DNA of 64,000 nucleotides from Symsagittifera roscoffensis (Eukaryota): NCBI RefSeq assembly GCF_963678635.1, contig NC_087064.1, positions 32,745,028 to 32,809,027 of the forward strand, read 5' to 3'. Shown piece by piece: positions 46,632 to 57,900 of this stretch (position 1 is its first letter; each line of letters starts with the position of its first letter). The notes under the pieces were generated by a model. It saw only the letters and a program-made list of their open reading frames with translations, ran no database searches and was not told where the DNA came from. The position numbers and the translations under genes were made by a program.

Positions 46632-48204
46632 TTACTGTGGTCCAATACTCGCGAGAGTTTGACTGCTGGTCGGTGTAGAACCCCCCCTGCTAGTTTTAAT
46701 TTCGCAGGGCCAAAGACCTCGAGGCGTTAGGTCTTCCAGTATCCATACAAGGTCTCCTTGCTGAAGATTTTCCACTTGCTTGTCCATTTCGTTCGGGTCG
46801 TCAAGGTTGGCAAGTATTCTTTGAGGTATCTGTTCCAGAACTGTTGACTCAAGGCTTGAGCTTGTTTCCAAGTTCTCTTGTCTGTTGTGTGGCGAGGGAG
46901 AAACAATCCGGGAGGAAAATTGTTTGTTGGTCGTCCTAGTAGAAGGTGATTGGGTGTAAGGGGCTCGTCGTCGGTTGGCTCTGATGAGACGTGGGTTAGC
47001 GGGCGAGAATTCATCATAGCTTCAACCTCGCACGTGAAGGTTGACAGAGTTTCGTCGTCCAGTGTCCGTGTTCCAATGACTTTGTAGAAGGCAATCTTAA
47101 ATGTTTTTATGAGGCGTTCCCATGATCCACCAAAGTGACGAGCTGCAGGTGGGTTGAACTTCCAGGTTATTCCAAGTAATTGGCATTGATTGTTGAAGTC
47201 GTTGCTGTGTTGAATCTCAGAAAGGCTTTTCCGTTGTCAGATAAGATGACCCTGGGTTTACCGCGTCTAGCGATGAAACGGCGTATGGCTTGTAGAGTTA
47301 AGTTTGTGTCGATTTGCTGGAATATTTCTGAGTGAACTGCTCGCGTGACGAGGCAGGTGAAGAAGAGAACGTATCGCTTACTGTACTCGTCGTTGTTCCG
47401 CGTGGCAAAGGGTCCAAAGAAGTCAATTCCTGTTGAGTAGAAGGGGTAACTGTTTTCGGATAAAGGGAGTCGTTGTAGGGGTAGATCTGCCATCAGAGGT
47501 TTCACTGGTTCCTGTCGAAGGCGTCGGCAAGGTATGCATTGTCGAATAGTTTTCTTCAGATGCTTGTGTGATCTTATGATCCAAAAGTCCTGGTGAAGAA
47601 TGCTTCGGGTGTGTTCCATTCCACAGTGGGAATTTATTTCGTGTGTTTGCTTCATGAAGAGTTGTATTGGGTAGTTTTCTGCGTTCAGAATGACTGGATG
47701 TCGGCTGCAAAGTAGAAGCGGGGCTTTCTGTAGTCGTCCTTTGGCACGTAAGTATCCGTGATCGTCGATGAAGGGGCAAAGAGGTTGTAGAGGGCTGCTG
47801 GTTGGAATGTCAGATTTCTTTGTCAGGCATGCTATTTCCTTGGGGACTGATTGATTCTGTGAGTGTTTAATGATCCATGCGAATCCTAAGGTGAGGTGTT
47901 GAAGTGAGAGGCTCTGGCGTGTCTTCCTTTTGATGTTTTCTGCGAAGAGAAGAACATATGAAGTAACTCTGAGTGCTCTTGTCCAAGTGCTAAATCGGTT
48001 GAAGTCGATTACTGATGTTGGCGGTTGTGGGTTGTTGTCTGTCAGATGAATATCGGCTGTAGGTTGTGTTGGCGGGTGATTAGGGCAATCTGATGATGGT
48101 CTTAACAAGAAGTCTGGTCCTTTGATCCATCGTGAATCGGTAGTCATGTCACATGCTTTGTAACCACGTGTTCCGTCGTCTGCAGGGTTGTCTTTGCTGG
48201 GCAC
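46632..48204 (-). CDS. Integrase region of BEL copy A. ORF 47167..48204 holds the HHCC zinc finger (H..H…CIPC) and the DDE core (FYSTGIDFFGPF…ILSDNGKAF). ORFs 46727..47017 and 46632..46871 are the C-terminus. The region is split by frameshifts.
   Basis: Motifs in the translated ORFs. The 3' part is distributed over two overlapping frames. Confidence 0.65.
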
Positions 48205-48210
48205 GTATCT

Positions 48211-48747
48211 TCAGTCTAGTGAAGATGTTGAGTCCATGATGAAATTCAGGCGGTTGGCAATGAAGATCCGGTGTTGTTGATTCGGCGATTTTTTCCAATG
48301 AAGAACTGTTGTACTATCTGTCCATAGTGTCGTACTGTCGATTCGTATGTCATGTTGTTCTTTGATGAAACGAGACAGTTTAGCTCCGTTAGTGGCGACT
48401 TGAAGCTCGACATTTGGAATTGTCATTCTGCTGATGGGTGCTACTCGGGCTTTTCCAATGACGAACTTAAGTTCCGTTGTGTCGTCGTCGTATCTGATTC
48501 TGAGGTAAGCAACTGATGCTAAGGCAAGTTCGGAGGCGTCGCTGAATACATGGAGAACTTAAGTTTCCAGTATCTTCGTTTTTGGTTTGAAGTAAATCCG
48601 GGGCAGGCAGATGTCGTTGAATTGGCTTCGCTTGTCTATCCAATCGTTAAGCTCTGTTAAGTGCTTCAGGTTTAGAGGTTTGTCCCATTGAGGTCCATTA
48701 CTCCAGGTAAGTTGAAGTGATTGTCGTAGTCGAATTGTCAGTGGCAT
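48211..48747 (-). pseudogene. RNase H / connection region of copy A. It is broken into short ORFs, whereas the same region is one continuous frame in copy B.
   Basis: Copy B ORF 55125..56159 reads through FHVFSDASELALASVAYLRI…MTIPNVELQVATNGAKL without interruption. Copy A has stops between 48738, 48559 and 48426. Confidence 0.6.
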
Positions 48748-51700
48748 CGTAATTCCAAGCGGGTTAAAGATTGAAGAAGCAAACTTAATAGTTTGCGCTG
48801 CGTTAAGTCCTTCTTGTCAATGGCGTGAAACTTCTTTGCTTCCACAAGAAAAACGTCCGTGTCTGGTTTCCATTTCACTCCAAGAACTCTTTCGAGGGGT
48901 CGTTCCTTCCTGGTGAGGCTGTCGCTGTTTTCCAAGTGGTTCTCGTTGACTGTTGTGAGGAATTGTTGAGAGTTTGAGGTCCATTTTGTGAGGTTGAAAC
49001 CTCCAAGGCTGAACATCTTTTGAAGGTCGTTCATTAACTGTGTCGCTTCCGTCGGTGTTGAAACGGCTTTGTATAGGTCGTCCATGTATATGTTGCGTTT
49101 TGTGATTTGCTCCAAGGCTGGATATTTGTCGGCATTGTCCTTCGCACATTGTCGAGTGGCGTAGCAGGCAACACATGGTGAGTCGGTAGCTCCGAAGATG
49201 TGGCGGGTGTATTGGAAGGTTGCGGGTTGGCCCGTTTTGTCCTTCCACAGAAATCGCAAATACGGCTGGTCCTCTGGGCTCACGAAGACCTGCATGAACA
49301 TTGCTTCAATGTCGGCAGAAATAGCGATTTGGTCCTCGCGAAATCGCATAACGATTCCAGTAAGGTTTGTGAGGAGGTCTGGTCCAGTTAGTAGGTTGCT
49401 GTAGAGTGATACTCCTTTGTAGATGCTCGATGCATTAAGGACTCGGCGTACCTTGCCAGGTTTATTGATGGTTGTCACTGGATGATGAGGAAGGTACCAT
49501 TTTCCTGTTAAGTCTTCGTGGGAATCATCAACTTTGACTATGAAACCTTTCTGCAAGTCGGTGTCGATGGTCTCTTGATATTTCTGTGCCATCTCGGTGT
49601 TTCTCTTCAGTCGTTGGAGAAGGCTGTCGAGCTGCTTCTGGGCAAGCCATCTATTGTTTGGCAGTTGTTGTCCACGTTTCCCAAGCATTCCAACTTCGTA
49701 GTGTCCATTGGGCAAGCGGGTTGTTGAAGATTCCAAGATGCGGCGAGCTTCCTTGTCGTCTGTTGAGAGGCTGCGTTGATCAGTTGAAATCCCTTCGGCG
49801 TCCATTTTCATCCATTCAGCTACTTGGCGAAACAGTGTATCGTCTGTCGTGAAGTTGATTGTGTTGATGTCGTTGGGTGTCGCTGCATTGTCTCGTCCAC
49901 AGAGAGACCATCCAAGTGGCGTTTTCCATCCAATAGGCACATTTTGTTTTGAATGGTTTACTTCTGAAGGTGTCACGAGCTCGGCGAAATCGCATCCAAT
50001 GATGATTCCGATTTCTTTCGAGGGCAGTGTGGCTATCCGAATGTGTTGAAGCGGCTCGTTCCTTTGGCAGATTGAGTTGACGAGTTCAGGGTTGAATTGG
50101 GAAAGGTTCCAATCCATTATGACGTCGATGTCATTTAGTTGAAATGGCTGCTTTTGCTGGTTGTAGGGTCCAATCGCGATCGTCATCTTTGTAGAAGCTG
50201 TGTCTGATGATGTCAGTGCTTGGTTTAGCTGGATGGTGTCGTCTAATTGCTGATCTGGTTTGAGTTGGAGGGCGATTGATGATTTAAGCAATGTCAGTTT
50301 GCTTCCACAATCAAGCATTGCATAGGCATGAACTCTATGTTTGCCATGAGAGATCGTTATTGGCAGGGTCGGAATGTGGCGAGTTGATTTCCTTCTGCTT
50401 ATGCTGGTGCTGCAGTTGGTGGTGTCGTCATGTTGTCTGGAGTTCCGGTTGGCTGTCTCCCTCTGTGTCGTCGAGTTGTAGGTGCTGCTGTTGTGCAGAA
50501 GTGTGTGGTGTTTCTTACTGCATCCGTCCGTCCGGCAGGTTTGCGTTGATTGACAGTCGGCGAAGTTGTGGGGGCTGAGGCAGTTGAAACATAGTTGTAG
50601 GTCCCTGGCATGCTGTAATCTGTCCTTTGGGTTCATTGCGATGAAGTGTTGGCATTTTCCAAGGTACTGGCAATTGCGTTTCTCCGGGCAAAAATCTCGT
50701 CGTTGATCCTTTTGTCCAGATTTATGTTGCTGCTGGCTGCGTTGCTGGTTCCGGTTGTTCTGATTGGCGCGGTGATCCGATGGTCCATGTTGGTGGGTGT
50801 GACCGTTGGATGATGATCCTTGAGTGTTGCTGCTGTTGTAGTTGTTGCTGCTGCTGCTGTTTCTGGTGTTGTTGTTGTTGCTGTTGCTCGGCAAATCGCT
50901 GCATGCTTCGGCGTAAATGTTGAACCAATTGGTGAGGTCGATGAGTGATGGTTGTCTGATGTTGCATTGCAGATTGTATCTAGTCCATTCTAGTCGGCAA
51001 GGGGTAGGCAGTTTTGACAAAACTGTTTGGACATTTGTCGTAGAGTGTAGATCGTGCTGGAATCCAAGTGTCGTGATTGTATCGACCATTGTCTGTAGGA
51101 AGTTGGCGAGGTCCTTGTAGCTTCTGGTATGTCGTAGATTGGGGCCGCTGATGGCGTCGAGTCGTCGAAGGAAGGATGTAACTATCTTCGTCGGGTTACC
51201 AAAATCGTTTTCCAGTCGCTGAAGGGCTGCGTCATACATTGCTCCATTGCATCCATATCCTCGGATGAGAGATTTGGCATCTCCGGATACAAGTTTCTGC
51301 AGATGTGTCATCTTTTCCGAGTTTTTCATGTCGGTGCTGTTGATGGTTGCGTTGAACAGTCCTATCCAATCTAACCATTGTTCAGGTTCTCCGTCGAATA
51401 TGAATGGTTTGACAATGGGCACTGATTTCCTGAATGTCTTCGAGATCGTTTGATGATAGTTGTGGTCTGTCGGTGCTGTTCCAAGGTTGGTCGGAATCGG
51501 AAAATAAGTCGGCTGGTTCTGATGTGCTGCATGTTGATGGACTGCATGTTGATGAGGGGGAGGTCGGTTGATATTTGGGTGAGTTGTTCCTGTTGGTCCC
51601 CTGCAGCCTGCATGAGTGAAGGCTGTTGTTGATGATGTCGGCATGTTCGTAGGGTTGTATGCTGTCGTGGTTCCCAGAAACCCCTCCTGGTACGATCGTA

Positions 51701-53058
51701 TGGCAGGTTGTGTACACTGGTGAGTCAGGGTCGGCTGGCTGGAGGTCCAATTTGTTGCTGTTCGTTGATCTCCTTGGTTTGTTGGCAGTAGTGCTGGTTG
51801 TGCTGGTATCGGTACTCCGTTGATGTTTGTGATACCCTTAGCTGTCGTCTGGTGTCCACTGAACACGTTGGTGGGGGGATGATTGGTTGAATTCTGATTT
51901 CCAATCGTCAAGACGGGTCTAAAGGCGCTATTCGGATTATGTGTCCTCTGTTGTTGGCTTGAAGGCTGGTTCTGTTGTTGGCTTGAAGGCTGGTTCTGTT
52001 GTTGGCTTGAAGGCTGGTATAGTCGATGTGGGGGGCTAGCTGTCTGGGGAGCAAGAATTGGGTGTGTGATTTGCTGTCCAATCATTTGACTCTGAGCTGC
52101 TTTTGAAGTTGCTGTCGGAAGAAATATTGGCGCTGAAACATTTCTTTGTCGGGTTGCTGGTGCGTTCATCTGCTGATTGAAAACTTGGATTTGAGTTCCA
52201 GGGTTGGAGTGCGGTGACGTTTCATGAAGTTGAGCTTCTGAGTTCGGTCTTTGTCCCACTGTTGCTGTCAATTGCTGATTGTCGATTTGGAGTTGAGTTC
52301 CATTGTTCAATTCTATAGTCGTTCCTTGAAGTTGAGCTTCTGGGTGGTTTCGGTTGAAAGTTTGAACTTTGTGACAAGTCGGCGTTCGGCTGCTGCAATG
52401 AGAGGTTTGACTGAGGATGGAGGTGAGTTCCATGGGCAGATTGAGTTCCAAGAGTTTCTGTTTGTTGTTGATGAATACGATGATCCAAGGTATTGGCGTC
52501 GCTGTTAGATCCGGGGCGAAGTAGGAGTCCTGAATTGTCCTGGGTGGAATTTGATCTGTGGTTTGAAGTAGCGTTTAAGATTGCTGGCAATCCTGAAAAT
52601 TGTGGCAAATCGTTCGGGGTGTCCTGGTCCATGGTAACGTTTTGTGTAGTGGTACTACGGGTTAAACTTTCCGTTTGGCTTCGAAGGGGAAGATTTTCCA
52701 AGGCTTGTCGTATTATTGAAGGCGTCGAGACGTTGCTGGCTACTCGTGATGAGTTTAAAGAAGACGTGGCAGTGTTGTTGAGGGTACGCTCGTATCGTTT
52801 TGATCGTAGTTGGATCGTTCGGTACAAAACTTTCAAAGTTTTCAATCGTTCAATGATTGAGTCTTGCTGGTCCGTTCCGGTGCGTATTATCTTGACTGTT
52901 TCGTTATTGGCATCGTCAAGCAAGCTCTTCAATTCCGTTAAGAAATCGTTTATGATCTGTACTTCGTCGGAATCGCTTATGGCTTGGTTAATTGCTTTTG
53001 CTAAAATTTCTACGTCTGTTTCTATGACTTTATAAACAGCATCATAGGTTGAATTCAT
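48738..53058 (-). CDS. gag-pol of BEL copy A. The gag N-terminus (52222..53058) is in a different frame from the 1237-aa gag-PR-RT ORF (48738..52451). The latter has zinc knuckles CFNCLSPHNFADC and CRTDGCSKKHH, a protease region …AMLDCGSKLTLL…, and the RT motifs YLPHHPV, RFLWKD and YMDD.
   Basis: Translated ORFs. The 230-nt frame overlap at 52222-52451 indicates a frameshift, either programmed or mutational. Confidence 0.7.
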
Positions 53059-53380
53059 TTTTAATTGACTATGTCTCCTAAACTTAATTCACGTTTTGAC
53101 GTGTCAGACAAAAATTCCTTTGATTACATGGAGTGTAAGGAGACTCTGAGAGTCTGAGACGCTGGTGGTAAGGAGTACAAGGAGTGTAATTCCTTTGATT
53201 ACATGGAACCCTCGTAATTGTATTGTAACAAAAAAAATGATTTTGAGTTTTTTTTCTTTGGAACTTACAATCCAAAAAAAAGAAAAAAAAAGTAAACAAT
53301 ATGATTGGTTAGTATAAGGATGGATTCGTTGATTTTTCAAACAAAAAAAATTTGGTTTCGGTTTCTTTTTTTAAAAACTA

Positions 53381-53393
53381 TTGTGCGCCAATG
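53381..53393 (-). promoter_or_regulatory. Primer-binding site, TGGCGCACAATAG in sense orientation, one nt downstream of the 5' LTR end.
   Basis: A TGG start immediately after LTR …TGTCA+T. It would be complementary to a tRNA 3' end …CTATTGTGCGCCA. Confidence 0.45.
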
Positions 53394-53580
53394 ACAATGG
53401 CAATACGTTTTGGATGATTAAGATTCCAATTTCAGATCGTAGTTTAGTTGTTTCCTTTTAAATGATTTCTTTTTGATTTTTGAGTTTCGAGTCTTTCAGT
53501 TTACTAATTTGGCGGCATATTCATGTCGAAAATGTGGCAAAATTAGGTTCGGCAAAGAATAAAGTTCAAATGTCGTAGAC
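53394..53580 (-). repeat. 5' LTR of BEL copy A (187 bp).
   Basis: Identical to 60262-60451 and about 93% identical to 46316-46516. The PBS-like gcgcca(ca…) complement lies directly inside at 53381-53392. Confidence 0.75.
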
Positions 53581-54282
53581 ACCGCTTTTGACTCTTTATT
53601 AGTCGTTGTTTTGGGACACATTTTGAACCTTCGATAAAAAAAGGTGCTTGTTAGTTGCTGTAACTGAAATTGGGTGATTTGATACGTCTTATTCAACAAA
53701 TCAATCTGAAGGTCAATAGGATACTCCTGAATCAACCATCTTTCTGGTATTTTTTGCAAAAAATTTTCTGCTGACGGAATAACAGACAGGGTTGGGCGAC
53801 AATCTGTAACTAGCCTCGATTTGAAACAGGCAAAAATCAGAAAGGAATTGGCTTCTATCTCACCGTTGACTAGTAGCCGGGCTGTTCTCCGTTTGCTACA
53901 TTAGGCATGCGTGAGTCTGGTCGCTTAGTATACTTTACTTCATGTAAAACATGAAATAAAGCGTTACTAGTTGTCGCTTTTTCTGAATTGTCGCTCTTAG
54001 AAGCGTTTCGGCTCACGAGTTGACAGCCGAAAGCGTCCATTATCTGAAGCTAATAAGGAAAAGCCTGAGATCACTGCTATTCAAGAAAAAGAATTTTTTT
54101 GGAAATTGTTCAGTCCGACTATATCGGCTATAATGAGATTTTGATCGAGTTTTTAAAATTGGACTTGCTTTTTTTAATGGTTAAACCACTCAACAGTTTT
54201 TGTCGTTTAGATATTGGTATGTCTACTCCAGTTTCAATCTGGGATCCGACTGGCCAAGTGCCGTTCAAAACATCAAGATCAA

Positions 54283-54447
54283 GTGCGCCACCATGCAACA
54301 GCACTCCTATGATGAAGCCAACTCTCACTTTATCATTTAGACGTCCATTGAATTCTTGATTTAAAATAGCTCAACAAGACTCCTATGATGAAGCCAACTC
54401 TCACTTTATCATTTAGACTTCCATTTAATTCTTGATTTAAAATAGCT
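54283..54447. repeat. Tandem duplication of a unit of about 80 bp (cctatgatgaagccaactctcactttatcatttagac.tccat..aattcttgatttaaaatagct).
   Basis: Present identically in the duplicated segment at 61150-61318. Confidence 0.8.
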
Positions 54448-54954
54448 GATAGAAATAAATTCATTTAGATAGACTTACAATACAAAATCTAATCTAACAA
54501 TTTGAAATGGTTTGTCTCTTATTGATTAATCATTGTGAAATAAATGAGTGTTCGTGTCAACATAACCAGAAAAAATGTTCTTGAGGCAGCGGAAATAAAC
54601 AGGTTTCATAATTATACATGGTTAATTTGACGCAGACAAAAATTTGAAATGAAGAAAATGCTTATTTTTATTGCGATTTAACGTTTAGAACATTAATTAT
54701 AAAACTTCACCATTTGTTTTTCTGAGACCCAGTTAGCAAGAAGAGTGACCTAAATTTTTTGTCACGCGGCCACTCTTAAATATGCCTTTCTTAATTCACA
54801 AGTTTTCAGCCGAGTTCAATACGCAGGTAACAGACACGGGGCAAATAAGTTACACTTTTTTTGTAAGTTTGTTCGTGCTTCAGTTTGCAAAATTAACGAA
54901 CGTTTTTCATAGCAGATATACTGGGCGGCTTGAGAACGCATCATAATTATCTGA

Positions 54955-57900
54955 GTCAGATGAATATCGGCTGTAGGTTGTGTTGGCGGGTGATTAGGGC
55001 AATCTGATGATAATCTTAACAAGAAGTCTGGTCCTTTGATCCATCGTGAATCGGTAGTCATGTCACATGCTTTGTAACCACGTGTTCCGTCGTCTGCAGG
55101 GTTGTCTTTGCTGGGCACGTATCTTCAGTCTAGTGAAGATGTTGAGTCCATGATGAAATTCAGGCGGTTGGCAATGAAGATCCGGTGTTGTTGATTCGGC
55201 GATTTTTTCCAATGAAGAACTGTTGTACTATCTGTCCATAGTGTCGTACTGTCGATTCGTATGTCATGTTGTTCTTTGATGAAACGAGACAGTTTAGCTC
55301 CGTTAGTGGCGACTTGAAGCTCGACATTTGGAATTGTCATTCTGCTGATGGGTGCTACTCGGGCTTTTCCAATGACGAACTTAAGTTCCGTTGTGTCGTC
55401 GTCGTATCTGATTCTGAGGTAAGCAACTGATGCTAAGGCAAGTTCGGAGGCGTCGCTGAATACATGGAATTGGGTTTCCAGTATCTTCGTTTTTGGTTTG
55501 AAGTAAATCCGGGGCAGGCAGATGTCGTTGAATTGGCTTCGCTTGTCTATCCAATCGTTAAGCTCTGTTAAGTGCTTCAGGTTTAGAGGTTTGTCCCATT
55601 GAGGTCCATTACTCCAGGCAAGTTGAAGTGATTGTCGTAGTCGAATTGTCAGTGGCATCGTAATTCCAAGCGGGTTAAAGATTGAAGAAGCAAACTTCAA
55701 TAGTTTGCGCTGCGTTAAGTCCTTCTTGTCAATGGCGTGAAACTTCTTTGCTTCCACAAGAAAAACGTCCGTGTCTGGTTTCCATTTCACTCCAAGAACT
55801 CTTTCGAGGGGTCGTTCCTTCCTGGTGAGGCTGTCGCTGTTTTCCAAGTGGTTCTCGTTGACTGTTGTGAGGAATTGTTGAGAGTTTGAGGTCCATTTTG
55901 TGAGGTTGAAACCTCCAAGGCTGAACATCTTTTGAAGTCGTTCATTAACTGTGTCGCTTCCGTCGGTGTTGAAACGGCTTTGTATAGGTCGTCCATGTAT
56001 ATGTTGCGTTTTGTGATTTGCTCCAAGGCTGGATATTTGTCGGCATTGTCCTTCGCACATTGTCGAGTGGCGTAGCAGGCAACACATGGTGAGTCGGTAG
56101 CTCCGAAGATGTGGCGGGTGTATTGGAAGGTTGCGGGTTGGCCCGTTTTGTCCTTCCACAGAAATCGCAAATACGGCTGGTCCTCTGGGCTCACGAAGAC
56201 CTGCATGAACATTGCTTCAATGTCGGCAGAAATAGCGATTTGGTCCTCGCGAAATCGCATAACGATTCCAGTAAGGTTTGTGAGGAGGTCTGGTCCAGTT
56301 AGTAGGTTGCTGTAGAGTGATACTCCTTTGTAGATGCTCGATGCATTAAGGACTCGGCGTACCTTGCCAGGTTTATTGATGTTTGTCACTGGATGATGAG
56401 GAAGGTACCATTTTCCTGTTAAGTCTTCGTGGGAATCATCAACTTTGACTATGAAACCTTTCTGCAAGTCGGTGTCGATGGTCTCTTGATATTTCTGTGC
56501 CATCTCGGTGTTTCTCTTCAGTCATTGGAGAAGGTTGTCGAGCTGCTTCTGGGCAAGCCATCTATTGTTTGGCAGTTGTTGTCCACGTTTCCCAAGCATT
56601 CCAACTTCGTAGTGTCCATTGGGCAAGCGGGTTGTTGAAGATTCCAAGATGCGGCGAGCTTCCTTGTCGTCTGTTGAGAGGCTGCGTTGATCAGTTGAAA
56701 TCCCTTCGGCGTCCATTTTCATCCATTCAGCTACTTGGCGAAACAGTGTATCGTCTGTCGTGAAGTTGATTGTGTTGATGTCGTTGGGTGTCGCTGCATT
56801 GTCTCGTCCACAGAGAGACCATCCAAGTGGCGTTTTCCATCCAATAGGCACATTTTGTTTTGAATGGTTTACTTCTGAAGGTGTCACGAGCTCGGCGAAA
56901 TCGCATCCAATGATGATTCCGATTTCTTTCGAGGGCAGTGTGGCTATCCGAATGTGTTGAAGCGGCTCGTTCCTTTGGCAGATTGAGTTGACGAGTTCAG
57001 GGTTGAATTGGGAAAGGTTCCAATCCATTATGACGTCGATGTCATTTAGTTGAAATGGCTGCTTTTGCTGGTTGTAGGGTCCAATCGCGATCGTCATCTT
57101 TGTAGAAGCTGTGTCTGATGATGTCAGTGCTTGGTTTAGCTGGATGGTGTCGTCTAATTGCTGATCTGGTTTGAGTTGGAGGGCGATTGATGATTTAAGC
57201 AATGTCAGTTTGCTTCCACAATCAAGCATTGCATAGGCATGAACTCTATGTTTGCCATGAGAGATCGTTATTGGCAGGGTCGGAATGTGGCGAGTTGATT
57301 TCCTTCTGCTTATGCTGGTGCTGCAGTTGGTGGTGTCGTCATGTTGTCTGGAGTTCCGGTTGGCTGTCTCCCTCTGTGTCATCGAGTTGTAGGTGCTGAT
57401 GTTGTGCAGAAGTGTGTGGTGTTTCTTACTGCATCCGTCCGTCCGGCAGGTTTGCGTTGATTGACAGTCGGCGAAGTTGTGGGGGCTGAGGCAGTTGAAA
57501 CATAGTTGTAGGTCCCTGGCATGCTGTAATCTGTCCTTTGGGTTCATTGCGATGAAGTGTTGGCATTTTCCAAGGTACTGGCAATTGCGTTTCTCCGGGC
57601 AAAAATCTCGTCGTTGATCCTTTTGTCCAGATTTATGTTGCTGCTGGCTGCGTTGCTGGTTCCGGTTGTTCTGATTGGCGCGGTGATCCGATGGTCCATG
57701 TTGGTGGGTGTGACCGTTGGATGATGATCCTTGAGTGTTGCTGCTGTTGTAGTTGTTGCTGCTGCTGCTGTTTCTGGTGTTGTTGTTGTTGCTGTTGCTC
57801 GGCAAATCGCTGCATGCTTCGGCGTAAATGTTGAACCAATTGGTGAGGTCGATGAGTGATGGTTGTCTGATGTTGCATTGCAGATTGTATCTAGTCCATT

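Larger units (their letters stand above)
46316..53580 (-). mobile_element. Complete BEL/Pao-family LTR retrotransposon (copy A). Structure: 5' LTR (53394-53580), PBS, gag-PR-RT-RH-IN, 3' LTR (46316-46516). The 5-bp TSD is CCGCT (46311-46315 and 53581-53585).
   Basis: The LTRs are bounded TG…CA (TGTCTACG…CCATTGTCA in sense). A TGGCGCACAATAG PBS-like site lies 1 nt after the 5' LTR. Identical 5-mers flank the element. Internal motifs YLPHHPV, FLWKDKTGQPATFQYTRHIFGATDSPC and YMDDLY mark a BEL/Pao RT. Confidence 0.8.
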
